The translations under genes and the position numbers were made by a program. Below the pieces are notes generated by a model. The model was not told the origin of the DNA. It made no database searches and saw only the letters and a list, made by a program, of their open reading frames with translations. Shown piece by piece: positions 36,178-39,998 of a DNA stretch of 39,998 nucleotides. Location: assembly GCA_003614675.1 (NCBI GenBank), contig ML002344.1, positions 1-39,998 on the forward strand, in the 5' to 3' direction. Origin of the DNA: Dimargaris cristalligena (Eukaryota). Each line of letters starts with the position of its first letter. The first letter of the stretch is position 1.

Positions 36178-37430
36178 CGTCATGGGGATATAATGAATAT
36201 TAAGCACCTTCTCTATTATGGTATAGAGTTTAGGCCCAGTCTCTCAATGGGCTGTAATAACGATATTACTAGTTGGCTCCAACTGCGTTTAGTATCTCCC
36301 TGGTCTCTGTCTGGTACCCTTTAGGTTCATTTTTAAAAACACTGTGTTAATTGTGATGGCAAGTATATATAAAGCTCCAAGTCTTTTTTACAGTATGGTT
36401 GTTATTTTCGACATCAGCCGCTGGCAAATTCAAGAGTCGCATGCGTTGGGTAACCACGGCTATACCAGACTTGCCTGTAGGCAAACCATCAGCTCTACAT
36501 GGATATCTGGCATATATATATGTTATTTGTGGCCACACTTACGCCCGTTTGGCTGGAGGGAACATTACCATTGTCGGAGGATACGGTGTGGGCTACCCTT
36601 TTTCCACCGATTCAGGTATTGACCAAAACTCCATCCAGTACTCAATGTATTACCAATGTATTTATAGCATTTAATGCATGGGCATAATAACTTATCGTTA
36701 TGTGGATGGGTGGGGAGAGGGAGAGAGGGGGGGGGAGGAACTGGCAATGCCGTATAACTCAGCCTTGGTAGGCGTCGTGCTTGTGCAACTCACAATACAT
36801 GTAAACATAAAACCCCACCAAAGAGCGTACCCCTATGTTGGCCTCCTTCACCAGTCCCTCACCCTTTGCCAGTATAAGACTATACATTTTTAATACCATT
36901 AATGCCAGCTAGTAATGGGGAAAGGGGAAGCTAGATTACCAACAGCGTTACAAAGAATGGGAGAGTGTCTAGGGCGGTATACATGAGCATCTAATGGATA
37001 TCAGAGGCAGGTTAAGACTGGCATTAAAATAAATTCGAAAAATAATAGTGCTAGATGGGGCGCGCCTGGTTTGGAGTTCCCGCGTGTTTGAAATACGTAA
37101 TGGCACTTTGAGAACACGGTGGTACCGGGACTTCCGACGATAGATGGGTTGAGTGCTCCGCGATTGCAATGGGGAGTAGTGATATAATCGGGGGGCTTGC
37201 ATGTGCAACTGTGGTGGAGTCGGCTAGTCACACAGGTACCACAAATCAGTGGACGAAAGTAGGTGGAAATAGAGGTCCAGGTAGTGCTTTACATCAGTAA
37301 ATGCCGAACAAGGGTTGGAGCCCGGATATTTCGATTGGTCAATTGGTAGGAGGACAAGGCGTCGATTTGGGAATTCATGGTGATCTTTTTATATAGCTGG
37401 TTTTTTCATCAACTACGGGCCATATATAAT

Positions 37431-37440
37431 TATATATAAA
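37431..37440 (+). promoter_or_regulatory. Candidate TATA box of the secreted-protein gene
   Basis: TATATATAAA ~170 nt upstream of ATG 37604. Confidence 0.45.
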
Positions 37441-37603
37441 TGCGAGACATTCCCCTATTGATTTTTTCATTAGTTAGCCCATAAGTGTGCAGTTAATAAT
37501 ACACGCGTATTTCGTTCATTGTCTCTTGCACTTTTAATTCAACCAACTATTACTTTATTGCCAACGTTTTACTGAATTATTGCACTTCACCCTCACATTC
37601 AAC

Positions 37604-38308
37604 ATGAAGGTCCACTGCGCTGCTCTGGTCGCCGTCCTGGCCACCGCCAGTTTTCTTACCCGTCCCGTCTTGGCCAACCCCATTGGGGAGTCCCGGGGGT
37701 CCAGCCTGACCACTGAGTCCAACATCACCGAACCCGACAGTGATATCCGACCCTACTGCGACACTCTATCCAACATTATCAATGGGACCAAACTCGCCAA
37801 GTGGCACGCACTTGCCCGCCGGGTGGGAATTTGGGCCGGTCAAAGCTCTTTGACGGACGACGAAGCCGAAGCCTTCAACACTCTTCGGAAATCGCTCGCC
37901 CAGGCGATGAAAGGCAATTCCGCTTTTTCCGAGTCCTTAGCCAGCGCCGAACCCCAGTGGGTCACCTTTAATCCCGACATTGTCGCTTACGATGCGGTGG
38001 ATATCACGGCACCCTCCAGCGGACTGTTGCATTTGAACGTTGCGGATCCTAAGGACAAGGTGAAGCGGGATTTTCTGGTGCGTTGCTTCGGTGAACGAGC
38101 CTTTGAATCGGCTTCTGACCAAAACGGAGCTGAGGCGTCTCTTCATGCTGATACCAATGACCTCGTTGTTGACGGAGGGTATGATGCGGCCGAAGCGCAG
38201 TCTATGACCCCGCCCTATTACTACCCCCCTCCGCCGGAGGTATACATCGAACGGGTGTACTCGCTTTCCAGCGATGAGGTAAAAGATGCGGATTCTGCCC
38301 CCCTGTAG
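37604..38308 (+). CDS. Predicted secreted protein of unknown function, 234 aa, intronless
   Basis: ATG in CAACATG context. Signal-peptide-like MKVHCAALVAVLATASFLTRPVLA|NP; C-rich third codon positions; AATAAA downstream at ~38551. No family recognised. Confidence 0.75.
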   Translation: MKVHCAALVAVLATASFLTRPVLANPIGESRGSSLTTESNITEPDSDIRPYCDTLSNIINGTKLAKWHALARRVGIWAGQSSLTDDEAEAFNTLRKSLAQAMKGNSAFSESLASAEPQWVTFNPDIVAYDAVDITAPSSGLLHLNVADPKDKVKRDFLVRCFGERAFESASDQNGAEASLHADTNDLVVDGGYDAAEAQSMTPPYYYPPPPEVYIERVYSLSSDEVKDADSAPL

Positions 38309-38699
38309 CCCAGATGATAGAGCGACATTATTTCAAAGATTGACTAACTTAACCACCTTGCTTCAGCTAATCTTTTCGATACCTTTTCTTTTTTATTGGG
38401 CATTATCGTTTTTTTTTGTCCTTTTTTATACGGAGCCACTCGTGGGACAGACCGACTTCATAAAAGCTATTAACCTGACTATAGTAATTTCAAGATAAAT
38501 GTCGTTCTCGTCATTTCCCGCTAGTTACAAATGTCCAGGATTTAATGGTCAATAAATAAACACCCTTGCTATTATAATCATAAATATAAAGAAAGCCCAG
38601 GCCGATATTTTATCTAAAAATACTACACCCAGGGTTAAATTTCCCTGCAAATGTAAAATAGCTGATGAACTCTTCAATGTACAATTCATCCAATACTAT

Positions 38700-39998
38700 T
38701 AATTCACTTACTATTCTTGACCTATATTCCAGAAACATATCAGTGCCTTGGCATTATCTCATTATATAGAACAAAGGACGTGGTGAAGGATAATCAACAC
38801 TATTAATACCTGGCATTTTGCTTCCATTGTTACCTGAAATGAACATTCCTACGCCATAGTACCTTTCCCATGACAACCCCAGCCACTATGTTAATATTAT
38901 ATAGATACCTGGCCTACACTTGAGGGCCTTTTTCACTGACTACCGCCATTAAACCAAGGACTCTTCTCAGTCCCATTAGGGTCTTCTGGATGCTCCTTTG
39001 GTGCTCTCCTTGTATATAAACTCCCCCCCCTGTTTCCCCCCAAAACGTAGGTCCTGGATAATATAATTACAGTGGTTGTATTGGTTAGACACCTTATCTT
39101 GTAAACTCAGTTATGCTACTAGATCAGCTAACCACAAAAGCAGGGATATGTAATGCCAACCTTTTGAGGGGCTTTGCGGGATCATCCTTAGGAGGGTTAG
39201 TAGAGAGAAATCTCTGGTTTGCTGTCCCCAGACAGTTCACCTTTCTTGGTCCAGTAGTGTGGAGGGCTGGACTTGATTAGTTTTGAGGGGGTTGAGACTG
39301 AGGTGGCTTTGGGGAAGTCACCACTGAGTTCTCTGTTATCCATTGTGTCATGTGTTGTCAGTTAAGAAAAATAAAATAAAATAAAAATGTTATAAAAAAT
39401 CATTATAATCAATCCAATACTCAGAAATACCAAAACTTCAAACTAAAAATAAAAATATAAAAAAAACAGTGTAAAGGGTAGTCATCAGGGTCATCTGGTA
39501 AAGTTACTATAAATATTTATTCTGAGTAATAGAGGCTTATATCAAAAATAACATATCACAAAAACACTTATCTTGAATTTAACTTGTCCCTTTAACTGAG
39601 GGGACACTACTAAGGTATATATAAGAAATCAACTGAACTAAATAACTATAGCTAAGAATAATAACAGCAATAATTGTAGGTCAAAAAAACCTGCAATAAG
39701 TAAAAAACTGACCTACTAGCTAAACTATGGTTATGAATATGTTAAATGGAAGTAAAATATAGAAATTGGAAGGCTGGAGGACACAGTCTTCCCAGTCCTC
39801 CTTCATGTCAGATATTGATAAAACTAATAAAAAGAATGCATGCTACATAATTGTATAGTGCAATTCTAAGGAATCCACTGGAGGCTAGTTATAAAGAACT
39901 GAACTTTATTTGAAAAGGTAGGTGATAAAAGGGAAAGGTGATGATAGACCTACTGTTCCAAGAGGTGGCAGTAAGGGGGAGTATTTATACTTGAAAGA
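38700..39998 (-). mobile_element. Possible decayed retroelement (gag-like) remnant in an AT-rich, CpG-depleted tract
   Basis: Stop-interrupted frame from ATG 39351 and a broken CCHC-knuckle-like string (..WGCHGKG..EC) at ~38890-38843. No CG dinucleotide from 39179 to 39998. Confidence 0.35.

Noticed and set aside
36344-36747. Cluster of short ORFs downstream of SCYL1
   Set aside because: Mostly non-ATG starts, with no consistent exon structure or recognisable domain.

Overview
Eukaryotic, intron-containing genomic DNA (GT-AG introns of ~125-360 nt; coding regions GC-richer than intergenic DNA). It is most consistent with an early-diverging, non-Dikarya fungus; this is inferred from gene content and intron style. 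All gene models were spliced by hand. In order they are: a DH-PH RhoGEF running off the left edge; a six-exon ABRAXAS/FAM175-like MPN- gene that the ORF track only shows as fragments, ending in S-Q-Y-Y; a METTL6-like tRNA m3C methyltransferase; MAK11/PAK1IP1; a dispersed 5S rRNA gene; a PRP38B-like gene with a 12-nt microexon and RS tail; a C2H2/C2HC zinc-finger ORF; a likely secreted-protein pseudogene; an alkyl-DHAP-synthase-like flavoprotein lacking the HHH catalytic motif; an AT-1/SLC33A1 acetyl-CoA transporter; a SCYL1/CEX1 pseudokinase; and an orphan secreted protein. A ~144-bp MITE-like element occurs in five full copies and one partial copy. The right end is a CpG-free, decayed transposon-like tract. 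The most notable item is the Abraxas-like gene, which points to a BRCA1-A/BRISC-type deubiquitinase complex in a fungus. All family assignments come from motif recognition by eye, not database searches.
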